Source of the DNA: Amphiscolops sp. MND2022
Taxonomy: Eukaryota
Assembly: GCA_964187785.1 (NCBI GenBank)
Contig: OZ076409.1
Location: 31,126,001-31,190,000 of the forward strand
Direction of reading: 5' to 3'
DNA: 64,000 nt
This document shows, piece by piece, positions 13,208-27,049 of this stretch. Under the pieces are notes generated by a model. That model did no database searches. It was not told the DNA's origin and saw only the letters and a program-made list of their open reading frames with translations. The position numbers and the translations under genes are program-made. Each line of letters opens with the position of its first letter. Within the stretch, counting starts at the first letter, position 1.

Positions 13208-16200
13208 TTACTCTTTTTGATTTGTGTTATCATCACACTCTGGCCAAAAAAATTTGGCTTGCCTCTTTGTCGTTGTCCTCGTCTTGGCATGGGTTCTGGG
13301 TTTGGTCCTCTTTCGGGGTTTTTCGCCTTCGGTTGTTCTGCTCCTTGTTCCCCCTCGAGGTTTTCTCCTTCTTCTGTTCTGTTTCTGTTTTTTTTCGCTT
13401 CGGTTTGGCTCTATCTCCTCTTCTTCTATTGTTCCGAGTTGTTTGCTATCCCTCTCCACTTTTCCCTGTTCTCGTCTTTTTGACTTGTTGTTTTTGGTTC
13501 GCCTTTTTAAATCTTCTGTTTCAGGGTTTCTTATTGCTGATTGTAGTCTTTCTGCATCTTTTGTTTTTCCCGCCAATTTCGTTGCTTTTGTCATTGTTGC
13601 TTCTTTTTCATTGGCTGTTTGATTTGCCAGCTCGCTCGATTGTGGCCACTCGCTCTCATTGGTTGTTTCGCTCGTCTTTGTTGTCTCCCTTTCGTTTATT
13701 GGTTGTTTCTCCATTTGCAACACCACGGTTGTTCGCGATGCCCGATGTCTCTTTTGGAGGTAATTGTTTCCGTTGTCCTTCCTGCAGGCAAGAAGGTAAT
13801 CGTATTGTTGCTTTGCTCTAGCAACATTCCCTTTCTTTTCTGGTAGTTCTCCTCCGGCTTCGATCCGCGAGATCTTTCTCTTACGAGAATTGTTGAATCC
13901 TGCCCTGATTCAAAGTCGTCGTCTGTGAGAGGAAGCTCTGGTTTTTCTGAAATGCACTTTGGTTTGTTAGTTAGGATTCTTTTTATTCTACTCGGTTCTT
14001 GGCCCTTGTATCGTTCGTATAGTGATTTATTCTTTGCCGATGGATTCATTTTTAATGCGAAAAGCGAAAAGAATTTCTGATAGTCCGGAATCTTCTTTTC
14101 GGGCTATTATTTCTTCGCACGTAGTCGTTCGTTTATTGTACGAATTAGTCGTTCTATTTTTCATTGCCATTGTGGTCTCTTATGGGACATTAAACATGCT
14201 TAATAAACCTCTTCTCGCAAAATTCTCTAAAGCGCTTGCTTCTAAAGATAGTGGCTGGGTTTGTCCTTATTGTTTGCGGAATTCCATGTCTTGCTATATA
14301 TTCTTTTAAGAAAAGCTATTACCTTATCTGTATCTGGCTTCCGTAAGAACTTTGCCTCCGGCCATCCGTTAAAGTGGTGGATGGATACTATCAGATACCT
14401 ATTAGCTTTATTTGCGTTCTGAAATGGGCCTGTAAAATCTACTGCACTTTCTCGGGGTATTTTTTACACATTTTGGCAATTTTCCTATTTGATTTTGCCA
14501 GAGTCACTATCTGAGAAACTTTCCATTTCACTGCTGCTAGCTGTTAATTTAGAAGTGACAATTATGTTCTTTTGGTATGATTGTTTGTTTGTTCATTTGC
14601 GTTCGCACTTACGTCGCGTCGGCTAGCTCGCTTGTTTCTGCCAACTCGTTTCTGATTGGTTGGCTTGCGGTATTGCGTCCGTTCTTTTCATCTGAAACAG
14701 GCTTACTATAGTTAATTTCATTTACGGTGAACGAGTTGTTCCATAGTACCTCGGCTTTTAGTTTATTTTCTCTCTTGTTATCTGAAGGGTGCCTTGACAA
14801 ATAGTCCGCCGTTCCTAATGTTCGCCCGGCGGCGTGCGTTACTGTAAATTGAAACGGTAGTAACCTGTCTACCCACCTGGTAAGCCTACTTGAGAAAGTT
14901 TTGTTCGCTCAATTTCCTTTTAAAAGGGACGTTAATGCCTTATGATCAGATACTACTTCAAACTCTGTTCCGTATACGTAGTTTCTAAAATTTTCTTTTA
15001 CCCACACGACTGCCAGTAGTTCTAGTTCAATAATAGAGTAATTTTGTTCAAAGATTGTTAGGAATCTCGACGCGAAATGGACTGCTCTCCAACCTTCATC
15101 TGTCTTCTGCCGGAGTACTGCTCCCAATCCTTCATGGCTTGCATTACACACAATTTCCATTGATTGGTTTTTCTTGAAATGTTTTATCTCTTATCTCGGT
15201 TATTTGTTGTATTGCCTTCTTTATCCTTTGGAACGCTTGTTGGTTTTCTTCTGTCCATTCCCACGTCTTTTCTTCATTTAGTAGTGGGCGTAATGGTGCT
15301 CAAGGCTGCGCCAGATTTGGTATAAATCTGTTTAGTTGATTTATAGCTCCCATGAATGACCGCAGTTCCTTCAGGTTCGTCGGCTTCAGTTTGTTGGTAA
15401 CTGCTTGAATTTTGCCTTCAATTGGTCGTATGCCATTTTCTTATAATGTGAAACCTAGCCTTTCGGTACTCGTTTGTGCGAATTTGCATTTCTCCAAATT
15501 TAAGTGAATCTCTGCTTCGGCCATTGTTCTGAGTTCTTCTACTTTCTTCATGTGATTTTCTTCATTACCTTCCGCCACTATTAGAATGTCATCATTAAAG
15601 GCGAAGGTGGTCCGAATGTTGTGCAATATTTTATCCATAGTCTTTTGGAATTCTGGTGGCATTATCGTTTACCCATAAAATCCAGTTTTGAATGCGTACG
15701 TTCCGGTTGCTCTTCCTCCGATTATTTGAAAGTTGCAGTTTCTAGCTATTTCCGGGTGTAAATCTGTTTGCCCATACGCGTATAGCATATCCAATGATGT
15801 AAATCTGACTGTCCCGTCATCCTTACTGTTGATTATTTCAGCGATTTGCTCCATCAGATTCTCCAAGTTTGGAATCTGGTATTTCTCCTTTTGGATAGCA
15901 TTGTTGAGCGACCTGGCATCTAATGCGATGACATTTGTCTTGTTTGACAGTGATTACCACTGGCTTTTTGAAGACTTCGTCGTTGATTCTTTCCACGCGT
16001 TGAATGTGCTCTTTCCACGCTAACAATTTATTTATCTATTTCTTGTTCAACAGCCTCTTGCAGTTGTAGTGGTACTCGTCTCTCTTTTTATTGGGTGATT
16101 TTTGCGTTTTCCCTGAAGGCTTTTTTATCGTGTGTCCTTTTCTTTTTCCTTTTCTTGTGAACAATTATTAATATTTATTATTCAAAGTTTTTCTTTCTGA

Positions 16201-17440
16201 TGTTTTTATGTGGCCGAGAACGTTATTATACCCTCTATTACTGTTTGCTTCGCCCACGTGATAGTTTAATTGTGCCAACCAGTCTCTCCCGATTATTGAT
16301 CGTTTCCCATCTCTCGTTATGACGATTCTTGCGTTCGTGATTTTACGTTTGCCCTCTTGTACTTCCATATTGCTAAATCCTACCAGATTTGTTGGTTTTA
16401 TTGGTTGATTATTGTAATCTACGTAGCTTTCATTCTTTGGTAATGGTCTGGCGAATATCACGTCGGTCCTTAGAAGTTTCCTCAGATCGGCTCGAGTGAA
16501 GATTGAGATTGGTGAGCCAGAATCAATCATGGTTGTGAAAGGCTGTTCATTAATGTTTCCTTTCATTACAAACGGTGGGTGTCCTTGTTTACCTTCTAAG
16601 TGAAGAACCACATTATCTTCTTGCGTCTCACTGCTTGCATCTGATTGGTCGTCATCTCGGCCAATAAGGTTCACTCTTCTCTTTCCAGCTTGATGGTTAT
16701 TTCTGCCGCGACCTCTGATGTTGCCAGATTTTGGTTTTTTTCACATTCTGGCGAAATGGCCAAATAACGCACAATTGCTACAACGGTCGTGTTTTGCCTT
16801 GCTTTCTGCTAATTGCCCATTGTTAAACTCCGAGCCACATCTTGTGCACGGATTTTTTCTCTCGTTTATCGCAAAGACTGGTTCTTGTTTAATTTCTATG
16901 TAGGCGTTTCTTCGTAAGCCACTGCGAACCGAAAGCTTCTTGTGGGTCGTTCTTTGATCACTAAATTCTCCCGTTTGGTCACCAAACTCGCATTTTGCAG
17001 CTAATCTTGTTAGCGTATGCCAAAATTGTCTCAGCGTTTTTTTCTTTCTGTTTTCTCGAAAAGAACTTGAATCTTTCCAAAGTTCTGTTTCTCGGCTTGC
17101 AAAATGCTTCGTCACAATTGGTTCGCAATTCTTGTAGTGTCACCGTTGCGACTCTCATTTCTGGATATTTGTCCGTTACACTCTCTCTGTCAGCTGTTCC
17201 CAACAATAGGAAAAGGACACTGACTACTTTCCTCTCTGCTGCCTGCTCATTGAGGTTATTTATTAGGGCCAAGTTCCTTGGTGCGTGTTCTGTGACTATT
17301 CTCAATAACTCGTTAACTGACAATGACTATTTGGCCTTGACCGCCACTGTAAAGAGGTCCCACCAATCCTCCCAATCTGCTCTATGTGCTGCGTCTGTCG
17401 AATCCCAGTATCTGGCAATCCCGACACCGCCGATGCACTT
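13208..17440 (-). pseudogene. Gypsy gag-pol remnants
   Basis: Gag RNRTLERFKFFSRKQ and CSNCALFGHFARMC knuckle; protease TMIDSGSPISI; RT FTSLDMLYAYGQ and FAFNDDILIV; RNase H IVCNASHEGLGAVL...YSIIELELLAVVW...VSDHKAL; integrase fragment VDFTGPF near 14430. Confidence 0.93.
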
Positions 17441-17486
17441 CCTGACTTCGCCACGTCTCTACAATTTGCTGATTCTCGCAGCGCCA

Positions 17487-17683
17487 TGTTGTAGCTCGAG
17501 ACTTTACTAAACTTGTTGAATGAAAACAATATATCGATTGAGGCAACTGTATTTCATAGTAAGACCATATGGCAAGTGATTCTCTCTTTTGACTTCTTTT
17601 CTATGGTTGTGTTAGTAACAACCTGCCATTTTGACCTTCGATTTTAGGTAGGTTATGCAAATGACAGCTTACCCTCTGTCACA
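17487..17683 (-). repeat. 5' LTR of the Gypsy element
   Basis: Homologous to 12823-13021, visibly diverged; followed on the minus strand by the PBS. Confidence 0.93.
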
Positions 17684-17775
17684 AGAATGTAAGTAGATTT
17701 CAAATTAAACAATTCAGCTGTCAATCAATAAGAAAGAAAATAAATTTTTTTCATTGTTTTAGTAAAATATCTGAA

Positions 17776-18653
17776 TTATATCTTAATAAGCTGAATGGTA
17801 AAAGTTAAGGTTTCTCCACTGAAGTCCACTGGCATGGTATCAGAGTTTACTATGTACAATCGTATAAGACCTAATCTGTCTGTTGTTATTTTTTTAATAT
17901 AATTTTGTCTTTGGGGTGGTAGGTAATTTATAATCTGGGGGTTGTCTAGATTGAAACTACATAGAAAATGATCTCTAATTCCATTAACAAATGATTCATT
18001 TATACAATCACACTTAGGATGAACTTTATCTATAGGATTTATTGCTACTAGTTTTTCTGATTTCTTTTCCTTTGGAGTAATGTCTTTTGTAAAACGTAGA
18101 AGATTATTCGATTCTGAATTGAAAGCTATTGAATGAGTTGTATTCATTATTGATTTCATCGATATCATCTGCTTTTATGCTAACCTTGCGTCTATGGATA
18201 ATAATTAAATGGATTGCATTGTTAATTTCATGTATTTCCTCTTGGTGTTAGTTTTAATTCATAGTGATTGTTCTAACTGCGTAAATCAACATTTTTTCAA
18301 AGAGGAATTTCTATGTTAAATCTTGTCAATATACTCTTTGACATTATGAAATAATTCAGGTATGTTCATTTTTTCTCGAACTTACTTTGGTTTTGATTTT
18401 TTCTGAAACATGAAACTTGTTATGTGTTTTTGTTAGGTATTCAATTGCTAGTACGAGTTGGTGGTGTAATCCGGAGTGTTCAACCTGATGATCATCTAGT
18501 TGTATTTGAAACCTATTGTTTTTGTTGAATATATTATAAACGGTATTCTGGTGGTTTTACGCGAGTTTTTCTGACTATTTGTTGCATAATTTTTGCCATT
18601 TCTAAAGGAAGCTTTTTTGATTGGTTTTCTGGAAAAACTTTAGCATGATCCAT
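17776..18653 (-). pseudogene. Minor capsid (penton-like) protein remnant, Polinton A
   Basis: IDKVHPKCDCINESFVNGIRDHFLCSFNL...PVDFSGETLTFTIQLIKI, homologous to ORF 27050-27967. Confidence 0.75.
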
Positions 18654-18869
18654 TTATTAGAAAAGTTTTTTTTCGATTTAGTTCTGGTTGATGGAATATG
18701 TTCTTACTTTCTAAGGGTTTGTTATTTGACTCAAAATCAAAAACAGATATCAAAAGTCCTTGTTCATAATTTCCTCTCAGTTTGTTTTCCATCTGCATCT
18801 TCTAATATGTGCGTGATGGGATGAGTTGAGTTTGTTTTTTTTCTTCTGAAAGTTCTATTTCACGTTGTT

Positions 18870-19509
18870 GGTGTTTTGAATGAATAATCCCTTTATCGGG
18901 AACTCTCACGTATTCGCCCACTTGGAAGCGCGGATTTTACATTACTGTTGTGTTATAATCTGGGATGGGAGTTTGTTCATTAGATTTTTCAGTTGGGCGA
19001 TTTTTATTGCTTAGTGTTTACTTTTGTTATACACTTTCAAAGCTTGTTCGAGATGTTTTACCCAATTAGCGTTTTCTTCAATATACATTGGTTTTTTGAT
19101 TAGGTCCAAAAGTGTTCTATTGAAACGTTCAACGAGAACAGCTTTCAAATGAGAATTGGTTGAATAGATTTTAATGTTTTGTTCTTTTAGGTAGTGTAAA
19201 AATAATTCGTTATAAATGTCTTCACTTCTATCCGACCACACTTTTTGTGGTTTTCTCTCACTAGTTTCCAATAGTTTCTCAATTGCAGCTGTTGTACTTT
19301 GTCCTGATTTATCTCCAAGAGGAATTGCCCAAGCATAGTTTGCATAATTGTCAATATCTGTAAAAAATAAATTCGAAGTAGTTTTCGTATTTACTTAAAC
19401 TTGAGCGATCAATCAAATCAATAGACCAAAATTCATCGTTATAATGTGGAATTATTGAAATGCGCTCGAATGTTTTAATTACAGGAGTGAAGCTTTCGTT
19501 AGCTATCAT
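18870..19509 (-). pseudogene. Retroviral-like (rve) integrase remnant, Polinton A
   Basis: WSIDLIDRSS; YAWAIPL; RKPQKVWSDR; KAVLVERFNRTL; FQVGEYVRV. Confidence 0.9.
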
Positions 19510-19668
19510 TTTTTATCAACTTTCTTTCTTTAATTAGAAATTATTTTCATGAATATGTCCCATATTTTTTTAAAACATCCGGTGGTTATGTTTTTTTTGC
19601 TTTTTTTCTTTCTCTTCTTCTTATACTTTGAACACATAAGGCAAAACATTCATTTTCCGCTTTGTTCC

Positions 19669-20094
19669 TCATTTATTGTGTATAATATGGAAAAGCAAAG
19701 ATGAAACAGCTTTCTCAAAACCGAATATGTTTGCAAGATATGAAACATGTAAACAAGAAGATGCGCAATAACTATCAGCTTTCTGAATTTGGTATTCTGA
19801 ACAAATGCAATGTTTTGTATAGGATTTTATTTGTTTAGAATATGTCTCAGTGGGTGTGGGCAACCATAAGAATTAAAGTAATATTCATCAACAAAAAGAA
19901 CCCAATCTGTTCCATCAGTTGGGTGTGAGTTAAAATTCCTGATGTATAAATTTGTCTTCGCGCATGTATACTTTACTAAGTATATCAAGTTGTTGTAAAA
20001 TTTCTAGTATATTTACATCAGAAGTTGCTTCATCCTCTAATCCATATTTAGGAACAAATTCTTCGAATGATAAGTAGTTTATTTATTAATTCAT
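19669..20094 (-). pseudogene. Adenain-like cysteine protease remnant, Polinton A
   Basis: HPTDGTDWVLFVDEYYFNSYG (degenerate HW..YFDSYG) and YQIQKADSYCASSCL (catalytic Cys region); frameshifted. Confidence 0.75.
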
Positions 20095-22949
20095 GATTAT
20101 ATCTTGTTTAGTGAATTTTTGTTTAGAAAAACTTGTTCATGAATATGTCTCATTGATTTTTATAAATTTTCCATGAATATGTCTGATGATATACATTGAA
20201 AATATGCCTATTTTACTTGTTTTCTTATAGTCCGAGAAAACTTTTAGTAATTTTTATACCACTGAAAAATATCTAATTCGTGATGATATATCATGAAAAT
20301 AGCCTAATTTGATTGTTGTCTGACCTATAATGGGATTATTCCTCATACTATTTTCCTTCAATCAAATTGTTGCCTTAATGTGATTCAAAATAAGCATTCA
20401 GGCACAGAATAGCTGGAGATGACTAACTAGCAACAATTTGTCTGTTTGTCGTCCTGCTAACAAATGTCTTCTCTCATTTATTGTTTCCTGTTTTGTCGCA
20501 TGTGGATATGTATAATTTAGTCATCATGATATTTATTCTCATTTACAAAACCTTTGTTTGGGACAACGTGATTTTGCGCATGTATAATATATCAAACAAA
20601 TATCTGTAAAATGTAAAAAGTGTTTTTTTTTGCTTTAAAGCTTTTGGATCTTGAAAAACTTCCGTAAATATTTATTGTTCATGAAACTGTATGACAGCCC
20701 AATTCAGATTTTCTTCTGATCAAGTTTTTTCTGCAATTTTTCAATAATCTAGTTACGTAAGCGTGTGTAGTAACATAATTGTTAAAGGTGCTTAGGTTGA
20801 CACAAGTACGTATTTTAGGTACGAAGCCATCATCTCCGGAGACGCAGAATGCTATTTGGCAGAATACAAGAAGAAATTGTACTGCTTTGCGTCCGAAAAA
20901 AATGTGCAGACATTTTTACGGTTGGTATGTTTCTTCTGACTTGTCATTTCAACATGTGAAGAAGCAGTTAAAACGATAATCAGTTATCTTACGCGATGTT
21001 GTCGTTTGCAGTTTACCTGAGCGTTATTCTCACGTGACGCTACCACAGAAATTACCACCTAAAAGACAGCCCCTCTCTGTGACCGGTCTTCCCATGCTCG
21101 GCTACTTGGAACAGACGGTAGCTTCGGCTATCGTCAAGTCTCTTACTGCAGTTGGGGCCGCCAAGCCCAAACACCCATTCCTGTCTCCCACCAAATCTGC
21201 TCTCATTTACGTCGCGTATCATCTCAAGGGTAAGTTTAACGATTCCATTTCTTTCCCCATGCAGTAACAGCTCTGTCAGAGATCTAGTGTATGTAATGGG
21301 TCAAGTTGCTGGAATCAACGTATTCTCAATATTTTTTATTCCTCATCATTCGTTATTCCTTTTTACAGTAATTTTCAATTGAATATCACAAACTGGGCCG
21401 TGAAATTCGTGAAAATTTCCAAGTCTGAGCACAATGCGCTGTCTTTATCGTTGGGAGATGTATGCTTTTTCCTTGGATTAGCTAAAATTGTCAGCTTTAT
21501 ATATGAATGTGTTGATATACAATGTAAAAGTAGGCAACGCAACAACAGTCAAATCCAGAGTTTCCTAATCATCCGTCGGTGAATTTGTCGTTATTATCAT
21601 AGTTTTTGTTTGAGCAAAGAATTGTTCAAGCATTTCAGTACAATGTACTCAAAGACATCCAAAGATGCTCTGAATGTTTGTAGATTTGAGGTTAGAACTC
21701 TAGATGAGAAGTCTTCAGTATTCTTTTTCCTGTGAAGTTGAACATAGTTCTCTATAATGTTTGGAAATATTAGATTATTTCTTTGATAGTATACTACTTC
21801 CAAGAATTTACCTAAAGATGAAGGCGACACATGCCCAAAGAAATTGTAAAGAAGTGGAAAAACTTTCGATCAATGCTTGATGACTTTTGTTGAAAGCAAG
21901 AATGCAATTTAATTGAGCTACCCTTTGGTGTTTTACAGTTAAATTATCATATTTTTTAACCCTAACAACTTATTTGGTTAGTCCAAATTGTTTTTCACAA
22001 AACCGGCAAGTGCCTTCTTCTTGAAATTTTTTTCGTTGTTCTTCAGTTCTCGAAAAAGTTGCGAGAGAATCAACTTTAAGCTTTCATTGTTCGGACATTA
22101 ACCTAACATGAAACAATGTTCACTCCCGTAACTAAAAATAGATTGGTGTCCGATTACCAGGGTGGGATGCTATAAAAACAAACTGCTATTGGGGTGAATA
22201 AAATATCTAAATGCCTAATTTGATTGTTCGTTTTGAGCTTTTGTTATACTCGAAATCAGCGTACACTTACTTGTATTGGAACATCTACCATCATGTGGTG
22301 GTCTTCAAATAGTAACTGCTTATTCGCTTACAGCAACTTTTCGTGGGTTGTTGTTTCGATATCTTTTTCAATGATCATTCACAGCGTTTTCGTAACTAAA
22401 ACTTGTTAAAGGTGTTCACATTAATCTTTCGTTTGAGAATTGCAGTTTTTCGGCGTGTACAACTTTGTTGCAAGTGGTGCCAACAGAAAATGATATTTGA
22501 TTTGATAGATTGATGTAGTGCCGTTATTGAGTATTTTGTCTAATACCAGCAATGTAATGCGAGTTTAATTGTTAGTTCAAGGAAATCCGATTAGGTGAAC
22601 TACTGTAACATGTAAAAGGAAACGTGCTCAACTGGTACGTTGGTGTAGTCAGCGATCGTCGTTTTGCACGCCAAATTTTGCCAAATTATAGGCTCATTAT
22701 TTGAAGCAGATTGCTTCATTGGCTGATGTTGGCGATTTTGAGTGTCACCTGAACAAATGCAAAAAACGCGGCAACGTCCTGATTATAAATCCATCTTGCC
22801 GTGGAATTGGAAAGTTTTGAAGTAGTGCCAAAACACAATGTTTACCCTGGTTGGAACTGCTTGAACTTTGTAGGTTTTTGTAGGCTACCAAGCTAATTTT
22901 TCATTATTTTATAAAATTCTCAAGGAAACGTCCATGCATTAAAACTTCA

Positions 22950-23920
22950 CTGATGCGATTTAATTTTATGAAGCTGCCAAAAGAAGCATCCTAAATATGG
23001 CGGCATTGCCGAGCCGCGAAGTTTTGCAGGTTTCATCAAGACGCCGTTCTAATTTTGAAAGCAGCTGAGACCTTCATCAATTTTACCGCGGTTTCAGTCA
23101 CAAGTTTCAAAGTAGCGTCATATTCAGCGTGCTAATTGACTAATGGTGTTTACATAAGGTAGTTGCTTGAGAATTTTACGCGCCCTAGTTGAGACTGCTG
23201 GAACTTTTTACATGCTGCAGGCCTGCATGCAGGGTAATTTTTTTATAAAACCTAGAAAATTCAGTAAGGTTCCGTGGGTAAATCTTGTAGAATTACACTG
23301 CATTTTCCACTACTGCAATTAAATTTGAAAATATTTCCCACTTCTTTTACGGACACGATCACGATGTATTCACACATTGATTTCTCAAATACTCATCTGA
23401 TTTAATCACCGCTTCTCAAATGGGACGCTGAAGATGACGCGTAGTTTGCTGTTTACATTGTGAATAAGTTAAATTGCATTGAAATGGCGGCAAAATTGTT
23501 GACGTCTCAGCTGCATTTAAAATTAGAACTGATGCATATTGAAACTTGCAGAACTTCGTGGCTTGAAATTGCCGCCAAAACTTTGATGATTCTTTAAAGC
23601 AGCTTGATAAAAGTTGGCGACAACAGGGAAATATTAACGCATTAAAGTTTCCGTAAGATATGTAGAAAATCATAATAAAAGTGGCTGGCAACATTGAAGT
23701 ACATGTAAAAAGTTCAAGCATGTTCAACTAGGGCGTGAAAACAAAGTGATCGTGGTGATGAAGAAGTGGAAATGTTTTCAGTTTTAACTCAAATAGTGAA
23801 AACTGCGTAGTAATCCTGCAAAATGTTTCCATGCATGGTCTCTGAATTTTCCATGTTTTATAAAAAAAATTAGCCGGCATTTTTTGAAGATGCCTGTAAA
23901 ACTTCGCGGCAACTTTGACT
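22950..23920. repeat. Degenerate dispersed repeat with internal inversions; inverted homologue at ~49390-49900
   Basis: 23186-23335 is the reverse complement of ~49760-49900; 23000-23100 is inverted relative to 23480-23580. Confidence 0.7.
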
Positions 23921-24538
23921 AGGGTACCTATCGGCGGACATTTTACGGTTTCTAGTATAGAGCCTTGAGCAAGCTATTGTTTCGACAAAGTTGAAGATGA
24001 ACAAACCTGCAGGAAAATCGATGTCCAAAATTCGTGTAGTCGTGTGTTCGTGGAGGGGATGACGGCAAATGGACTTGCCGTCGCGAGACAATATCCAAAA
24101 TAACACTTAGAAGGGATGCAAATGGCGAAATCAGGAAGATCTTAAGTCGGATTTCGATCGAAAAAAGAAGCTATTCACGGCAGCAGATAAGTTGGAAAGA
24201 CAGATCAATTTGCTATGTCGAAAACAAGAGATATTATTGGCAGAAACTTCAATCTGAAAGAATTCGAAAGACAATGGAAACGATGTAGATGGTTGGAATT
24301 GTTTCCGATGCACAAAACGTGACCTTTGATCTTCATTCCCATTTAATATTCCCGTTTCTGCATTCCGTTCATTTATGAGATTATTATTTTCCGACCCCAC
24401 ATTTTACAAATAGGGGAGGAAAATCATGATCTCTGACGCGTTTTTTTCCAAATTCTGCCAAAACTCCACTTGGTTATATCCATCCACTTGACTATCTCTA
24501 CCACTTGACTATCTATCCACTTGACTCTGACTAGTTTA

Positions 24539-24636
24539 GAGGGGGAATAGGGAACAAGATCTAAAATTTCAGGACGGGAATAAGATCTAAAATCACTAAA
24601 TTTTATATCTTATTCTTTAGATTCTATTCCCCCCTC
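24539..24636. mobile_element. Small MITE-like fold-back (~98 bp), preceded by four ccacttg(act) repeats
   Basis: gagggggaatag ... ctattcccccctc ends; internal aagatctaaaa/ttttatatctt inverted pairs. Confidence 0.45.
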
Positions 24637-25711
24637 CCAAAATAGCTATGGCTCAATTGGTGAAGGCGAAAAGGGCGGAAAATATCCCGGTGCTTAGCGG
24701 GCGTCTTGTTCGTTTTTGCTACGTACTCTGATTGCCAAGGAGATTGACGAAGTCGATTGGCTCTGATGTTCTTAATAACCTATTTGAAGATAAACATCCT
24801 TTGCACTTATTCAACTCTGAAAAAAGGCAAACAAAGTTCAAGCGGCTATTTGGTAAGGTGGAAGATGGCACGCGTCTATACATTCCGATAACCATGGGGA
24901 AGATCAGAGAATCGCGGGGCGATGTCGGAGATAAACTCGTGTTGTATGGCACCAAAAAACCGACGAAAAATAAGTGTGACTTCAGGCCCTGAAGAAATCC
25001 TCGTCATACTGAATTTCTATCCACTGATAAGTACGATCCCCAAACTAGTAAAAATAGCTAAAAAGCTTATCTTGTAAAGTGCCAAAAGAGATGTCTCTGC
25101 TATTCGAAATGGATATAATCAGTTCCTCACTAGTCAGTCTGTTACGTATCCTCTGACGAAGATATGGAAGCGGACTCAGCCTCATCGGTCTGTTTGTCAC
25201 CCCAAAATCAGCAAGAAGACAGCGGTATTGAAATGGTCGTTTGTTACAATGAACTACGTGTGTTTCAAACGCAAATAGTTGCTGGAATGAAAATGACAGT
25301 TGACCTGAGTCAATACGCGGAGAGCACGTCGATCGCTGGATCTTCCTAGGAAGGTGAGCTTTCCAAACCCTTTACATTTGGATCAGCAGACTTTGACTCG
25401 AGAATGATAGCGAGTCTCTTTAACGGAGATCAAAGGCTCACTTTCAGACTGTCGCAGCTACAACGCTGTGATGGGTCCGTCGCGTAACGGATGAAAGAAG
25501 CAAATAGCAGCTGAACCCAATGGGTAAACATTATAAACTCCATAACTTGTTTTCCTTCTTATTCTTTTTAGTCGGCGCTTTTCGTGTAGTAGTGACTTTT
25601 TTAAGACCAACGAAGTGACAGATTTTATAAGCTTTATAAGCTGACTTGAACTAACGCTAGATGCCACACTACTTCTATTGGCACTTGAGATAGAGGTTAA
25701 TTAGGCTTTTT

Positions 25712-25906
25712 TGAGGTCCCCTTTTACATTTTTTGGCACTATGCGACTTACCGAGGACCAAACAAAATTTTGAAAAAAAAATCGATTTTTTTTTCAATTT
25801 TTTCCTCATGCGGGTACTGTAGCAGAGAATACTTGACACTTTGAAGTCCTTTTGCTATTTTTGAGCCTTAGATATGGCGCCGACTTGGGCCGTTCCTGGC
25901 TTGTTT
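25712..25906 (+). repeat. Short interspersed repeat, related to 62140-62390 and 63905-63999
   Basis: Shared ggtcccc...tttt(c/t)ggcactatgcgac and tttttgagcc(t/g)taga blocks. Confidence 0.55.
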
Positions 25907-27049
25907 AACATAGTCATGTAATTGATTTGTTTGTACCTTCCATCTTAAAACAGTGTTTTGGTATATCAGACTGATTTGGAGTTGCTTCATTTAATATCTC
26001 CTCATTCATAATTGTTTAGCAAGGCGAGTCATAATTGCTGATTATGAAGATATCAAAACTCCTTCTTTTCAAGTTTTGAATATCATTATACTTCACCTTA
26101 CGCTTATTAGTCTGACGAGTAAGCGTCAAAATGCTTATCCAGTGTAAATTGTATGAATATCATTCATTATACGTATTTTATAATGTTGCGCATCTTCGGT
26201 ATTCTGCTTCATTCAATCACGTGGTGTTATACGCATTTTAAAGTTGCGCATGTGAGGTATTATGCGTTTATCGATCATGCGGTAACATACATCCTTCAGT
26301 GCTTTGCATATGCGGAATCATCCGTTCTGAAGTATACCGCTTATGCGGGGTAATACATTCGCAGTAAAAACCCTGGATATCCACTTGAATACTGAATTGA
26401 AAGTCAATTAAATTAATTTTGGTATTTCATAAACAGAATTACGAATCCGTCGTAATACTAATTATATTTTAATAAGCCCGTGACTTCTGTGAGAAAAAGC
26501 GTCATGGTGTTTTTTCCAAAGATTGACGGTGCAAAGAGACTAATTCATTCGAAATTTTACTGTCCTTGCGGACAGACTTTATAAAGCCAAGAAATTTTAG
26601 GAGGAAACAACTTGGGATCTCAATTGACGTAACTTAGTCTAATCAGTTACGAAATCCAAGTGTGGACCCTTGAATCCTTGAGCAAAGGAAAGATGTTAAA
26701 ATCGGGATGAGAGAAGAGATGAAATATAAATTTGAAGCAATCCTTAAGAAATAAGGTCCAACAAAAAAGCACCTGAACTATAACAAATCCTAGGTGTGAA
26801 ATAACGAAATAGAATATGTACAACAAACGGGATCCTAAAATGAATAGTCTATGAGTGTTCACGCATCAGACAATGAAAATACTCAGAAGATGAAGATTAT
26901 CCTCTCAGGGCTTCAGAAATGAAAGACTTGAGACATACAGTAAAGCCAATGCTTCAAAACGAAGTAGATCGCAATGAGACAGTGCCCATAAAGAAAAGAA
27001 TTTTTTTAAAAAGAATAAACAAAAAGAATATTTTTCATTTGATATTCCA

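Larger units (their letters stand above)
12823..17683 (-). mobile_element. Ty3/Gypsy LTR retrotransposon, degenerate, integrase region internally deleted
   Basis: Paired ~198-bp LTRs with TG..CA ends; 5-bp TSD ggaat/agaat; PBS TGGCGCTGCGAG next to the 5' LTR; PPT-like tatggggga next to the 3' LTR; domain order gag-PR-RT-RH-IN. Confidence 0.95.
9200..20100. mobile_element. Degenerate Polinton/Maverick (adintovirus-like) element A, interrupted by LTR elements; termini not resolved
   Basis: Co-located remnants of pPolB (+) and, on the minus strand, protease, integrase, minor capsid and major capsid. Confidence 0.85.

Noticed and set aside
13189..13821. Hydrophobic multi-TM ORFs on the + strand
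   Set aside because: Antisense shadow of the purine-rich, low-complexity 3' region of the Gypsy pol.
20130..20320. catgaatatgtc-type short repeats as the terminus of Polinton A
   Set aside because: No matching inverted copy found at the other side of the element.
20954..21270. Possible solo LTR (TG...TAACA, GC-richer block)
   Set aside because: No partner, PBS or TSD found; insufficient support.
24645..24675. tRNA A-box-like gctatggctcaattggtgaaggcg
   Set aside because: No downstream B-box or cloverleaf; at most a SINE relic.
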